The notes: generated by a model from the sequence alone, not told the origin. Numbered from the stretch's first letter, positions 38,095-47,971 are shown. The stretch is DNA of 64,000 nucleotides from Planctomycetota bacterium (GCA_965248575.1 CBDFJQ010000002.1:5024001-5088000); one strand, 5' to 3'. Made by a program: numbers and translations.

Positions 38095-39791
38095 GGGGTC
38101 GGTGCTTCCATGGAGGCGAGGACGGGTGCGGTGTCGACGCTGATGCCCTCGGGTGTCACCTCAAGCAATTCCATGTCGCGGTAGAGCGCGAGCCCGGAAA
38201 GGATGTAGGCAGTGAGCGCGCTGGTGAGGGCGTTGCGCGCTAGAACAAGGCTCTCCTGGGAATCGAGCACGTCGCGCGTGTCAGTGCGGCCGGCTTCGAG
38301 GCTCAGGTTGGTGCTTTCGACGCGCCGCTCGGCCAACTCCACGGCGCGCTTCTGGATTTCGTGCGTCTCCCGAGCAGCTGCCAGGGTGCGGAGCTGCTGC
38401 CGGAGGTCTGCCACGATGCGATCGCTGAGTTCGTCGGCGTCCCGCTGCAGTTGCGTGAGCCGGACGAGGCTCGCGCGGTAGGCGTTGCGCTCAGGCAGGC
38501 GGTCGATGGCGAAGTCGAAGCCCAGGCCCACCTGCCAGTTCACGTCTTCGCCGCTGAATCGCTCCGGCGCATTGTTCTCGGTCTGGAGCGAGGCGTTGAC
38601 GCCGAACTCCAGCCCGTTGCGAAGGGCGTCCTCCGCGATGGTCACCCGGCGTTGAGCATCCTCCACCTGTTCCCGCGCGGTGCGGAAGTCGAAACGTCGA
38701 TCCAGGGCCAGGGCGATCACGACGTCTTCGGGCGGGTCCAGGGTGAGCCAGCCCCAGGTCTCCAGCGACAAGTACTCCGCTGGGTTGAGGGGGAGCTGCA
38801 CGTGGATGGGGAGGCCTAGCAGGAACTTGAAGTCGTCGTAGTCCGTCTCGAGCGACGCCCGCTCGGTGAGCAGGCGGTTGCGCGATTGCAGCTCGTCCTG
38901 GCGCGCCTGGTCCACCTGGATCTCGTTGAGCCGGCCGGCCTCAGCGAAGGACTCGTTGCGCGAGCGCAGGCTCTGCAGGCCGCGGAAGTTCTCCTCCTGG
39001 TTCTGGACGGTGTCCATCTGGCGCAGCACGCCGAAGTAACGTTGGATGACGTCGAAGGCGAAGGTGCGACGAAAGCGCTCGAACTCGCGCGCTTCGTAGA
39101 GCACGTTGCGCTCGGCCTGCGTCAGGGGTTCCAGGACAATGTCGGCGCCGGAGCCGCGCAGCAGAGGTTGGGTGATGGACAGGGTGGCCTGGGTGAACTC
39201 CTGCCAGGCTCGGTCCGTGGTCCCGGTGTTCGTCAGACTGACCGAGCGCAGCGCCAGGCTTCCCACCACCTGCAGGCCGGAGCCGAAGACCTTGGCCCAG
39301 CTCCAGATGGCCCCCGCCTGGCGGTCATCGCTGGCATCGTCGCTGCCGGAGGTGCTCGCGTCGGCCGAGGCCGTCTCGGTGACGGAGAAGTTCCAGCGCT
39401 GGAGGGTCAGGTCCAGGGCGGTGAGGTAGAGGGCCTCCCGCTGCTCGCGATACTGGCGGCTGTTCTCGGCCGCGATGATCAGCGCGTCCTGCAGGTCCAC
39501 CGCTAGGGTCTGCTCCCCGTTCATCAAGCGCGTGCGTAGGGTGTCGGTGGCCTCGTCCAGCGTGAAGGGATCCACGGCGGACAGCTGCTGCCTGCGCTCC
39601 GAGATGATGTCGTAGACCTCTCGATCGGCCTCGGCGCGATGCTGCTCGGGCGCCTTGCAGGCGGCCGCAGAGACGGCCAGGCACAGGGCGGCCCCTAGCC
39701 AGCGGCCCCTGGTCGTGAACTCGGTTTGGCCCCGTGCGGGGCCCAGGGTACGGCCCAGTCCTTGGTCGGGCCGGCTGGTGGGAGAGGTCAT
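38091..39791 (-). CDS. TolC-family outer-membrane efflux lipoprotein
   Basis: AAAC lipobox; LSITQPLLRG; duplicated OEP helices; EAGR...DVLDSQ; heads a MacAB-type operon. Confidence 0.9.
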   Translation of the reverse strand: MTSPTSRPDQGLGRTLGPARGQTEFTTRGRWLGAALCLAVSAAACKAPEQHRAEADREVYDIISERRQQLSAVDPFTLDEATDTLRTRLMNGEQTLAVDLQDALIIAAENSRQYREQREALYLTALDLTLQRWNFSVTETASADASTSGSDDASDDRQAGAIWSWAKVFGSGLQVVGSLALRSVSLTNTGTTDRAWQEFTQATLSITQPLLRGSGADIVLEPLTQAERNVLYEAREFERFRRTFAFDVIQRYFGVLRQMDTVQNQEENFRGLQSLRSRNESFAEAGRLNEIQVDQARQDELQSRNRLLTERASLETDYDDFKFLLGLPIHVQLPLNPAEYLSLETWGWLTLDPPEDVVIALALDRRFDFRTAREQVEDAQRRVTIAEDALRNGLEFGVNASLQTENNAPERFSGEDVNWQVGLGFDFAIDRLPERNAYRASLVRLTQLQRDADELSDRIVADLRQQLRTLAAARETHEIQKRAVELAERRVESTNLSLEAGRTDTRDVLDSQESLVLARNALTSALTAYILSGLALYRDMELLEVTPEGISVDTAPVLASMEAPTP

Positions 39792-40041
39792 GCAAGCACC
39801 CAAAGTGGGTCGGGAGAGAGAATCGCCCAGGATAGCAGGGCTGCGTCGCCCATGTCCTTAGCCGTCCTTCGCTGATCGTCGCTGCCTGGATGCAGAGGGG
39901 CTCCAGTTCTCTGAAGCGTCATGCGCTGAATCCTGTGGCAGACTTTCCTGAGACGTCGCCGGGTGGGCGCAGAGGTCCCTTGCCGTGGATCTGCCAGCCG
40001 GTTGCGGGGTTTCAACAGCTTGTGTGCTCTTGGAGTTTGCC

Positions 40042-41916
40042 ATGCGTTCCTTCCTTCCCCGTCTTGGTATCGGGCTGGTCGCCTGCGTGCTGCTTGGTCT
40101 CCCTCAGCTCTCCGCCCAGCTCGGTGCCTCTCCTGTCACGAGCCCCGGCCAGACAGCGCCTTTGTTGCAGAGCAGGGAGCAGATTCTGCAGGAGGTCGCC
40201 TACCGCTTCGGCCAGGGGGGCGAGCAATCCCTGCTGCCATCCCTGGTGCCCGCCCATGTCTCCGTCCACGAACGCTGCCTGCGACCGCTGCTCACCCGTG
40301 TTCGCGATTCGGTGGCTGCCTTCAGCGGCCCTGAGCTGACATGGTTGCGATCCCAGAGCACCCATGTGGCCCAGGCGGTCGACAACGGGCTGCGCTGGGC
40401 CGCCGGCGGCTCAGGAGTGCAGGAAGCTACATCAGGACTGCCTGACTACCCCGGTGTGACCGACACCCTGGTGGGCAAGGACTGCGTCGTGCATTACACG
40501 CTGGCCGGTGTCCACGCGAGCCCCGACATCCCCTACGTCAAGGCCGTGCAGAAGGAAGTGGATGCCGCCTTGAAGAAGATGACCAAGGCCATGCGCCGCC
40601 CGTACTACGAACCGGATCGCGACGGCGTGGACAAGCTGCACGTCTTCCTGGTCGACATCGACCTGGACCCGGACGTCGAGGAAGCCTTGGGTTTCGTGCT
40701 CGGCGTCTCGCCCGTGCCCGGCGCACCCTTCGACAAGGCCGAGACGGTGTACATGGTCTTGGACACCGGCTTGCGCGACTACGCCAGCAGCGTGAACCAG
40801 AACTGGAAGAAGGTCGTCAAGGCCACGGCCTACCACGAGGCCATGCACTGCGTTCAGAGCGCCTACAACTCGTTCATCAGTTCCTGGGCGGTGGAGGGGC
40901 AAGCGACGTGGGCCGAGCTGGCCTACGGGAAGGTGATCGACTCCCTCGCCGCCTACCTCGCGAACCCCATGAGCATCGTGAACATGCCGGAGCTTCCGCT
41001 CTGGGATGACTCGATCCACAAGTACAGCCTCGCGCCCCTGTTCGCCTATCTGGAGTTCCGGATGGGCAAGGGTGCCAACTTGACGTTCTTGGAGGAGAGC
41101 CCGCCGGTCAACGACGGCTTCCAGCTCATCGAGCTCGTGCTCATCCAGGACTTCGTGTTCTTCGATGAGTTCTATTCCGGCTACCTGGCGCGGCTGTACT
41201 CCAAGACCATCAAGGGCATCAAGAAGAACAAGATCCCGGACATGGCCGTGAAGGAGCAAGTCGCCAGCTATGGCTTCAAGACGCAGGACTCGGTGTTGAA
41301 GACCGGTGTGCACGTCTACAAGCTCGGCGTGCCGGCGGGCCTGAAGACGGACCTGCTCTACTCCCGGGTCTCGAATGCACCGACGGAGGGGGATGACTTC
41401 GCTCCGGAAGGCGTTCTGCTGCACGGAAAGGGCAAGCGCCTGCAATTGTTCACCAACTTCTGGGACGTGGTGAATGGCTTCAAGGGCAAGTCAGGCGCCG
41501 TGCTGATGGTGACGGACACGGACGTCGACTTCCCCTCCCTGACGCCGACGCCCTACCAAGCCGAGGTGTTCGCGCCGCATATCGATGTGCGGAACGTGAC
41601 CAATGATTCGCCCATCCAGCAGGGGGGCCTGGCCACCATCACCTTCACCTATGACCTGCTAGGTGTTCCTGACGGGCCGACCTTCCCGGTGATCTTGTAT
41701 CGCTCCGTCAAGGGCCCCGGTGTGAAGTTCGAGTTCAACTCCTTCTTCAACTGGGAGCCGGGTGTCGGGAAGCAGGCAGAGATCACCTTCCAGCCGCCCA
41801 TGAGTACGAGCGGTACCTACAAGTTCAAGTTCACGGCGAAGACGCCGCCTGACAGCTTCGGCGGCGGGCACATGAAGTCCAAGGCCAGCACCAAGGTCAA
41901 GGTGAACAAGAACTAG
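40042..41916 (+). CDS. Secreted gluzincin-like metalloprotease with C-terminal beta-rich domains
   Basis: GGAG RBS and signal peptide; TAYHEAMHCVQ (HExxH) followed by WAVEGQATWAE. Confidence 0.75.
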   Translation: MRSFLPRLGIGLVACVLLGLPQLSAQLGASPVTSPGQTAPLLQSREQILQEVAYRFGQGGEQSLLPSLVPAHVSVHERCLRPLLTRVRDSVAAFSGPELTWLRSQSTHVAQAVDNGLRWAAGGSGVQEATSGLPDYPGVTDTLVGKDCVVHYTLAGVHASPDIPYVKAVQKEVDAALKKMTKAMRRPYYEPDRDGVDKLHVFLVDIDLDPDVEEALGFVLGVSPVPGAPFDKAETVYMVLDTGLRDYASSVNQNWKKVVKATAYHEAMHCVQSAYNSFISSWAVEGQATWAELAYGKVIDSLAAYLANPMSIVNMPELPLWDDSIHKYSLAPLFAYLEFRMGKGANLTFLEESPPVNDGFQLIELVLIQDFVFFDEFYSGYLARLYSKTIKGIKKNKIPDMAVKEQVASYGFKTQDSVLKTGVHVYKLGVPAGLKTDLLYSRVSNAPTEGDDFAPEGVLLHGKGKRLQLFTNFWDVVNGFKGKSGAVLMVTDTDVDFPSLTPTPYQAEVFAPHIDVRNVTNDSPIQQGGLATITFTYDLLGVPDGPTFPVILYRSVKGPGVKFEFNSFFNWEPGVGKQAEITFQPPMSTSGTYKFKFTAKTPPDSFGGGHMKSKASTKVKVNKN

Positions 41917-41971
41917 GGACACCCGCTAGACTCTGTCGCTTCCCGTATCCCTGTTCTCGCTGGAACTCCGC

Positions 41972-42736
41972 ATGTCGTTGCCCTCGCTGTTGTGCATCGC
42001 CTTCGTGGCCCTGTTGTCGCCTGTGTCTGCCCAGGACGTGGACGTGCGTGCAGAGTTCGTGCGTCTTGCCGCGGAAGCGAACGAAGCAGAGGTGCGTGCT
42101 CTGTGGGCCGCGCATCCGGGGCGCATCCTGGTCAGCATCGACGAGGACCTGGAAGGCAGCTTGTCCACTTGGGAAGCGTCACCAGAGGCTCCTGACGAGG
42201 CGGCTATCGCGACCCAGCACGAGCGGGCGCTGTGGGGCGCCCGGCTGGCGACGGAGGTGACGGGGCTCGGAATCTTCATCGACTACACGAGCGCCTTCGT
42301 GGGCTGGGACGCTGATCAGAAGCGTTCCTTCCGCGCAGGCCAGGCAGCCTTCGGGCGGGCGCGGCAGGCCATGGGGGAGGGAGATTGGCAGGCAGCCCTG
42401 GACGCTGGGCGGGAGTGCACTGAACGCGCCTTGCCCCTGGGAGACTGGTGGGGCAGCGCCATGGGGCTCTCTGTCGAGGCTCGCGCCCTGCTCGCGCTCG
42501 AGCAGCCCGAGGCGGCCTTGGCCGCTGCCAGTCGCAGCCGGTTGCTCTACCAGCAGCTGGGCTTGGGCGGCTCGGAGTTGGGTGCCTTGGACGGCATGCT
42601 GTCAGCCTTGGAGGTCCTGGGTCGGACATCCCGGGCCCTGAGTTGTGCGGACTCCGCCATCTCCCTGGCCGAGCGGGTGGCCGACGCCGAGCGGGTGGCT
42701 ACTTTCGTTGCGCGGCGGGATGCGTTGCGTCGCTGA
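41972..42736 (+). CDS. Hypothetical secreted helical (TPR-like) protein
   Basis: Signal peptide ending VSA; Ala/Leu helical repeats. Confidence 0.65.
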   Translation: MSLPSLLCIAFVALLSPVSAQDVDVRAEFVRLAAEANEAEVRALWAAHPGRILVSIDEDLEGSLSTWEASPEAPDEAAIATQHERALWGARLATEVTGLGIFIDYTSAFVGWDADQKRSFRAGQAAFGRARQAMGEGDWQAALDAGRECTERALPLGDWWGSAMGLSVEARALLALEQPEAALAAASRSRLLYQQLGLGGSELGALDGMLSALEVLGRTSRALSCADSAISLAERVADAERVATFVARRDALRR

Positions 42737-43799
42737 CGGACTCACCACTTTGCACACAGCGGAAACCGGTGTGGCCGAGGCTCGTGTCCGGGCTGGACTT
42801 CATGCGGGCGCTGACGCGATAGCCTGAGCAGTAGCTGTCGTTGCAGAGATACGATCCGCCGCGTTGCACGCGCTTTGGAACATAGGGCTCTTGCGGGTCC
42901 AGGCTGTCAGCGGGGCCGGGAGGGTTCAGCACGCCGTTGGGATGTGCGCGCTGGGTCTGCGAGTAAGTGTCGTGGCGGTACCAATCCGCGCACCACTCCC
43001 AGACGTTGCCCCCCATGTCGTAGAGGCCGTATCCGTTGGCCGGAAAGCTCGCGACGGCCGCGGTGCGCTCATATCCATCCAACAAGGTGTTGGCATTGGG
43101 GAAGGTCCCGCTGAAGGAGTTGGCCTTGCTGGGGCCGACTTCGATGCCCTCGTCGCCCCAGGGGTAGAGTGGTGCCTCGCGCCCACCCTGGGCTGCCCAC
43201 TCCCACTCCGCCTCCGTGGGGAGTCGTTTGCCGGCCCAGCTCGCATAGGCCACGGCGTCGTCCCAGGACACGTGCACCACCGGATGGTCACTCCGACCTT
43301 CGAGGTTGCTGCCCGGCCCTTCGGGATGCAGCCAGTCTGCGCCAGGGATCCACTTCCACCAGCGTGACACGTCGATGAGCGTGCCGGGCTCGCTGGGGGC
43401 CACAAAGACGAGCGAGGCCGCGACCAGCACGGACTCATCGGGCTTGGGGGTGCCAGGCGGCAGCTGCTTCTTGAGTTCTTCCCAGTCCGGAGGGCGTTGG
43501 GCAGTCGTCAAATAGCCCGTGGTCTCGACGAAGGCGCGGAACTGGGCGTTCGTGACCTCCGTGCTGTCCATCCAGAATCCATCGACGCGGACCCTGTGGG
43601 GAGGGCGTTCATCGGCCCGTGCCCAGCGAGGGTCGTCGGAGCCCATGAGGTACTCGGCCCCTTCGACCCAGACCATGCCGTCAGGAGCGGTCCGGCCCGG
43701 TTCGCGGGGTGGCTCTTGAGAACACAGGACACTCAGCAGCAGGGCAGGCACTACGGCAGTGGTGATGAGCGAGGCGATCACCTGGGCATGATACGCCAT
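42699..43799 (-). CDS. Formylglycine-generating enzyme family protein (sulfatase-modifying factor)
   Basis: TEVTNAQF; HPVVHVSWDDA; RLPTEAEWE; GLYDMGGNVWEW; RGGSYLCNDSYC.GYR with both catalytic-type Cys. Confidence 0.93.
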   Translation of the reverse strand: MAYHAQVIASLITTAVVPALLLSVLCSQEPPREPGRTAPDGMVWVEGAEYLMGSDDPRWARADERPPHRVRVDGFWMDSTEVTNAQFRAFVETTGYLTTAQRPPDWEELKKQLPPGTPKPDESVLVAASLVFVAPSEPGTLIDVSRWWKWIPGADWLHPEGPGSNLEGRSDHPVVHVSWDDAVAYASWAGKRLPTEAEWEWAAQGGREAPLYPWGDEGIEVGPSKANSFSGTFPNANTLLDGYERTAAVASFPANGYGLYDMGGNVWEWCADWYRHDTYSQTQRAHPNGVLNPPGPADSLDPQEPYVPKRVQRGGSYLCNDSYCSGYRVSARMKSSPDTSLGHTGFRCVQSGESVSDATHPAAQRK

Positions 43800-43815
43800 G
43801 GGGGCGGCGCGCAAC

Positions 43816-44295
43816 TCAGCCGTCGGCGTCCAGGATCTCGGAGGTCGTGTCGACCCAGCCGCTGGCCGCATCGATCAACAGCGTCCGGCGGTGCAAGCCC
43901 GCTGCGAGCCGCACCTGACCGCCCGACATGGGGAGGCCGTTGCCGTCGATGATGCAGATGGTCCCGGCCCGGCCGAAGCGCGCACTGAGCAGGTCCACAT
44001 CCGTCGCCAGTTTGGCTTGCCCCAGGTCGACGAGGGTTTCCCGATCGCTCACGGGGTCGGCGGCGATCTCGCCCCGGACGTTGATGATCGCGATGCGATC
44101 ACTTTCCACGTCGAAGGCCACGCCATGCGGCGATTGGGTAGAGCGCGCCAGGGACGTGGCAAGATCCACCGCGCTCCGGATGCGCGCATCGGCAATCTCG
44201 AGCAAGCGGTCGTCGCTCGTGGAGCCGGGGACGCCAGCCAGCGAGACGAGCAGGGCCAGGACGCCAGCGCCGATGAGGAAGTCGAAACGGGTCAT
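43816..44295 (-). CDS. GspH/FimT-like pseudopilin-type protein (degenerate N-terminus)
   Basis: N-terminal hydrophobic helix; ARS...HGVAFD; IDGNGLP.SGGQV.L...I...SG.V; ATGA overlap; operon with a prepilin gene. Confidence 0.55.
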   Translation of the reverse strand: MTRFDFLIGAGVLALLVSLAGVPGSTSDDRLLEIADARIRSAVDLATSLARSTQSPHGVAFDVESDRIAIINVRGEIAADPVSDRETLVDLGQAKLATDVDLLSARFGRAGTICIIDGNGLPMSGGQVRLAAGLHRRTLLIDAASGWVDTTSEILDADG

Positions 44296-45278
44296 GGGAA
44301 GCGGAACCGGATCATGGGCTGGACGTCTTCCCAGTTGGTCTGCGCCGGGAGGTAGGTCAGGAAGTCGGTCTGTACGGGGCCGCGCATGTCGAGGCAGCCA
44401 GGCCACGAACGGGGCACACGCCCCTGATCGATGAGCTCGATGCCTGGTGCCAACACGGGTGCTTCCAGGGAGACCAGCCGGCCGAACAAGCTGCCGCGCC
44501 CGTCGAGCTGGATGCCATGGGCGATGATGGCGCCTTGCACCTGGAGGCTCAGACTCTCGTCCTCACTGCGAAGCACACCGTCGGGCATGACGATGGACAC
44601 GCCGTGCAAGGGAACCATGGGCTCCATCCGCAGGCTGCCCATGATCGTGACCCGCGGGGCGCGTTCCTGATCGAACTCTCCAAGCGAGCCGCTGCTCAGA
44701 GCGCCGTCGGAGACGATGGCCCCCTTGATGACCACGTCGCGCAAGGTCAGTTTGACACCGGGTGCCACAACGAACAGTCCTTGCAGGGATTCACCGGCGA
44801 GGGTCATGTCCCGGCGGATGCGACGTACCTGGAGGTCGGGGTTGGCGAGCAGGGAGTTGACGGTGTCGCCCTTGAGTCGAGGCAGGTCGTCGCTCGACTC
44901 GGGTTGTGCGCGGGGGGCCGGGCGGAATGACCCGGCTGTCTGCACGACGGATACCAACTGGTCGTCCAGCATGGATTCGGCACGCAGCACACTGAGGGGG
45001 CCGGCGACCGGGGTGATGGACACTTGAGCCGTTCGTGCTTCAGGGAGTTGGTGGCCTTCGACGAGGGCCTTGCGTGCCTCGGACAAGGCGTCGTCTCCAG
45101 CGGCTTGAACCTGGCGATAGCTGGTCGACGCATGGGCCGTGGGCAAGGCTTCGAACAGCGTGCGTGTGGCCATGAGGCCCAACGCCACGATCACACCGGT
45201 GATCAGCAGGTACCGGAAGGCGGAAATGCCCTCCAGCATGCGTCCTTCCGAGGGAGAGTCGGTCACGGGCGGCTTCAT
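44292..45278 (-). CDS. Hypothetical PilX/GspK-like membrane-anchored protein
   Basis: N-terminal TM preceded by G; C-terminal beta-helix-like G.I repeats; located between pilin-like genes. Confidence 0.5.
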   Translation of the reverse strand: MKPPVTDSPSEGRMLEGISAFRYLLITGVIVALGLMATRTLFEALPTAHASTSYRQVQAAGDDALSEARKALVEGHQLPEARTAQVSITPVAGPLSVLRAESMLDDQLVSVVQTAGSFRPAPRAQPESSDDLPRLKGDTVNSLLANPDLQVRRIRRDMTLAGESLQGLFVVAPGVKLTLRDVVIKGAIVSDGALSSGSLGEFDQERAPRVTIMGSLRMEPMVPLHGVSIVMPDGVLRSEDESLSLQVQGAIIAHGIQLDGRGSLFGRLVSLEAPVLAPGIELIDQGRVPRSWPGCLDMRGPVQTDFLTYLPAQTNWEDVQPMIRFRFP

Positions 45279-45290
45279 GCGTCGTGCGGT

Positions 45291-46847
45291 CTACTGTCCG
45301 GCCAATTCGAGACCTGGGAACTCGCCTGGGATACAGCCCAACCAGGGATTGTCCACGGCCGACTGCGACACGATCGATGCGGACCCCGCGTGCTGCTTCC
45401 CATCCGTCGTGGTGAGGTTGAGGGTGATGCCCGTGACGACGCTGCTCTCGGTGGTCTGGGAGTAGCTGCGCATGCCATCCAGGATGCGGGGCACTGCGTA
45501 GTCCAGAGGACTGAAGGATCCTCCCGTCGTGGAGGCGCCTGCGATGCCGGAGTTCGAGGCCGAACCCACGGGTTGGCCGGCCAACAGAACGGTGCCGCTG
45601 CCAACCAGGCGGAACACCAGGGTATGGGCGCGCCCAGGCTTGATGATGGCATTGAGCCCAGCAAGGTCGAGTGGGATGGGGGTGGTGGGAGCTGCGTACT
45701 GCAGGACGTTGGTTGTGGTGCTGTCCGCCGCATCGTCGCAGGAGCCGAGCACGTCCCCGTGGTTCAGGTGAGATTGGAGGGCGTTGGAGGTCACGTGCAG
45801 GGTGTGCCCGTTCGCAGGGTTCGCGGGGGGGATATGGCACACGGAGATGCTGCTTCCCGAGAGGCCTTCCCCCTCGCTCGTGCTCGTACTCGATTCCTTG
45901 GTTGTCCAGATCCAACTTCCACTGGGCAAGGCGGTCACGGGCAAGCTGATGGTCGCGAGCACTGGGCCATAGGGCCGGGCATCGTCAGGCGTTGCAGCTT
46001 CATGGAGGTCGATATAGAGCACGCTGAGAGCGGGATCAGGAACGGGAGCCGCCGTCGTCGTGCAGGTTCCTTCCACGTCTCCGTGGGCCAGGTGTGCAGC
46101 CACGGCCGCGCTGGAGACCTTGAGCACCTTGGCGCCGGTCGGGTTGCCTGGCGGAATGTGACAAACGTCGACCTTCTTGCTTGTGGACTCGGAGCTGGAC
46201 TCCGTGGTGCTGATGGGTTCTGCAACGGGTGGCACGAAGGACAACGGCATGAGCACCCGTTCGAGAGTCGCCAAGGATGTCTGCTCCTTCACTCCGTCCA
46301 CGGTGTGCACCCAGTCTGGTGCTTTGGAGGACAATGTGAATCCCATGGCGAGAGACAGGCCCTCTTCCAGGGTCACGGTCTCGATTGGCGTGCTGATCGC
46401 GGTCTGTTCAAACCAGGTCCCGTAGGAGTCGAGCGAAGTCGCTTCGCGGAGGCGCATGGACGTACGCGTCTCCACGTTGAAGGACTCGATGTCCGTGAGG
46501 ACAACACCCTCCACGCCCGACGAACGCGTGACCTTGAGTTCTTTCTTGGTGGCGTCGTGCTCGTAGGTCGTGGAATTGCCGAATACGTCCGTGAGCGCGA
46601 GGACATCTGCGCTGGGCTCCTGGACGATCCAGCCGCGCTTGGCTTCGTCCGTGATCCGCACGACGGCCTCCTGGAGCCGCCAGTCACCCTCATCGCGCAC
46701 GACTTCGACTTCCTTGCCGAAGAGCTGCGCTACCTCAGCGACCGCTACCAGGAGCATGGCGCCGATCGTGGTGGAGATGATGAGTTCAATCAGGGTGAAC
46801 CCGGCGGCCGCTGCGCGGTGGCCGGCGGGAGCTGTCGCCTTCTTCAT
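45291..46847 (-). CDS. Prepilin-type N-terminal cleavage/methylation protein (PilW/GspJ-like) with two His/Cys modules
   Basis: Class III signal G|FTLIELII; two CHIPPxNP...HLxHGDxxGxC modules in Ser/Thr-rich linkers. Confidence 0.85.
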   Translation of the reverse strand: MKKATAPAGHRAAAAGFTLIELIISTTIGAMLLVAVAEVAQLFGKEVEVVRDEGDWRLQEAVVRITDEAKRGWIVQEPSADVLALTDVFGNSTTYEHDATKKELKVTRSSGVEGVVLTDIESFNVETRTSMRLREATSLDSYGTWFEQTAISTPIETVTLEEGLSLAMGFTLSSKAPDWVHTVDGVKEQTSLATLERVLMPLSFVPPVAEPISTTESSSESTSKKVDVCHIPPGNPTGAKVLKVSSAAVAAHLAHGDVEGTCTTTAAPVPDPALSVLYIDLHEAATPDDARPYGPVLATISLPVTALPSGSWIWTTKESSTSTSEGEGLSGSSISVCHIPPANPANGHTLHVTSNALQSHLNHGDVLGSCDDAADSTTTNVLQYAAPTTPIPLDLAGLNAIIKPGRAHTLVFRLVGSGTVLLAGQPVGSASNSGIAGASTTGGSFSPLDYAVPRILDGMRSYSQTTESSVVTGITLNLTTTDGKQHAGSASIVSQSAVDNPWLGCIPGEFPGLELAGQ

Positions 46848-47058
46848 GGCATTCTTCAACGCGTCAATGGGGACAATGCATGTATCGGTTTACACATGTG
46901 CCTGACTTTGGCCTGATTGGCAGCGGAAGCAGCAAGGCCCGTATTCGCGCACGTAGACGGGGGTACGTGGCTCAAAGCTGGGCATTCGGCTTGTCGATGG
47001 AGGCTCCATACCTGCCCTCGGCCCAGCGCTTTCTCTGCTGTCACGGCGCCGCCGCGCA

Positions 47059-47857
47059 GTGGGCGCTGCGCGTGAAGGGCGTGCAGGCAGCTTCATCTTC
47101 AGCCCGCTCCTGGCGATGGCTGCGGGGGCCTGGATGAGCGGCTCCTTACTGGAACACGGACCTGGAGGTGTTCGACACCCGCACCTCCCTCGCCGTGGTC
47201 AGCTCAGATTGGGTGTGGTCGGCTGCCTTCGTCTTGATGACCTTCTGGGACGTCTATCACTCCGGGATGCAGACCTTCGGCCTCGGGAGGATCTACGACG
47301 CAATGGCCGGGAATGCCCCCTTGCACGGTCGGCGCCTGGACCAGATCGCCAACGCGCTCATGTACAGCGGGCCCATCCTTGCGGGCGCCATGCTGATGAG
47401 CCATGTCAATGCGCTGCATGAGTTCGAGTCGCTGGCGGACGCCGAGCTGGGCCCGTGGATCCTGACATCGACCTTGTTCTCGGCCGTGCCTCCCTACGTG
47501 GAGTCGCACGCGAAGGCATTGCGTCTGGGTGTGCTGGCGTTCACGGCGGTGTTCGCCTGGGGCTACAACAGCTTTGGCATGGCGTTCTTGATCATGAACG
47601 TCTTCCACGCCGTGCAGTACTTCGCGCTGGTGTGGGTCTCGGAGGGCAAGAGCCTGCAGCGCTTGGTCCGTTCGGGTCAGCATGCATTGCGACGGCGTGG
47701 GTTGTTCGCGGCCTTCCTGCTGTTGCCTCTCATGGCGGGGCTGGTCCTCTACGCCATGGATGGCTACTGGATCCGCACGACCCTCATGACCTGCGCGCTG
47801 CTGCACTTCTGGTTCGACGGCTTCATGTGGTCCGTTCGCCGGAACCAGGCTGTCTGA
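47059..47857 (+). pseudogene. Frameshifted membrane-protein gene (WDVYH / FHAVQYF / LHFWFDG His-motif family)
   Basis: Hydrophobic FIFSPLLAMAAGAWMSGS in one frame appears to continue as YWNTDLEVFDTRTSL in another frame near 47145; the main 229-aa frame has an in-frame TGA at 47135. Confidence 0.5.
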
Positions 47858-47882
47858 GGTTTCAGGGCCTTCGGACGGATCT

Positions 47883-47938
47883 ACGAATAAATTCGTCAAA
47901 TTGACGAAAGTCTTCGTAGACATGACGAAGGAATTCGT
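47883..47938. promoter_or_regulatory. Triple palindromic operator ACGAA-N4-TTCGT upstream of the BlaI-family repressor
   Basis: Sites at 47883-47896, 47904-47917 and 47925-47938, exact 21-bp period; AT-rich; TTGACG at 47901 overlaps site 2. Confidence 0.85.
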
Positions 47939-47971
47939 CGATAGTTCTCCCGGTCAAACCCAGGAGGACTC

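Noticed and set aside
47883..47938. Regularly spaced palindromes as a mini-CRISPR
   Set aside because: 14-bp units with 7-bp gaps are far too short, there are no cas genes, and the position fits a repressor operator
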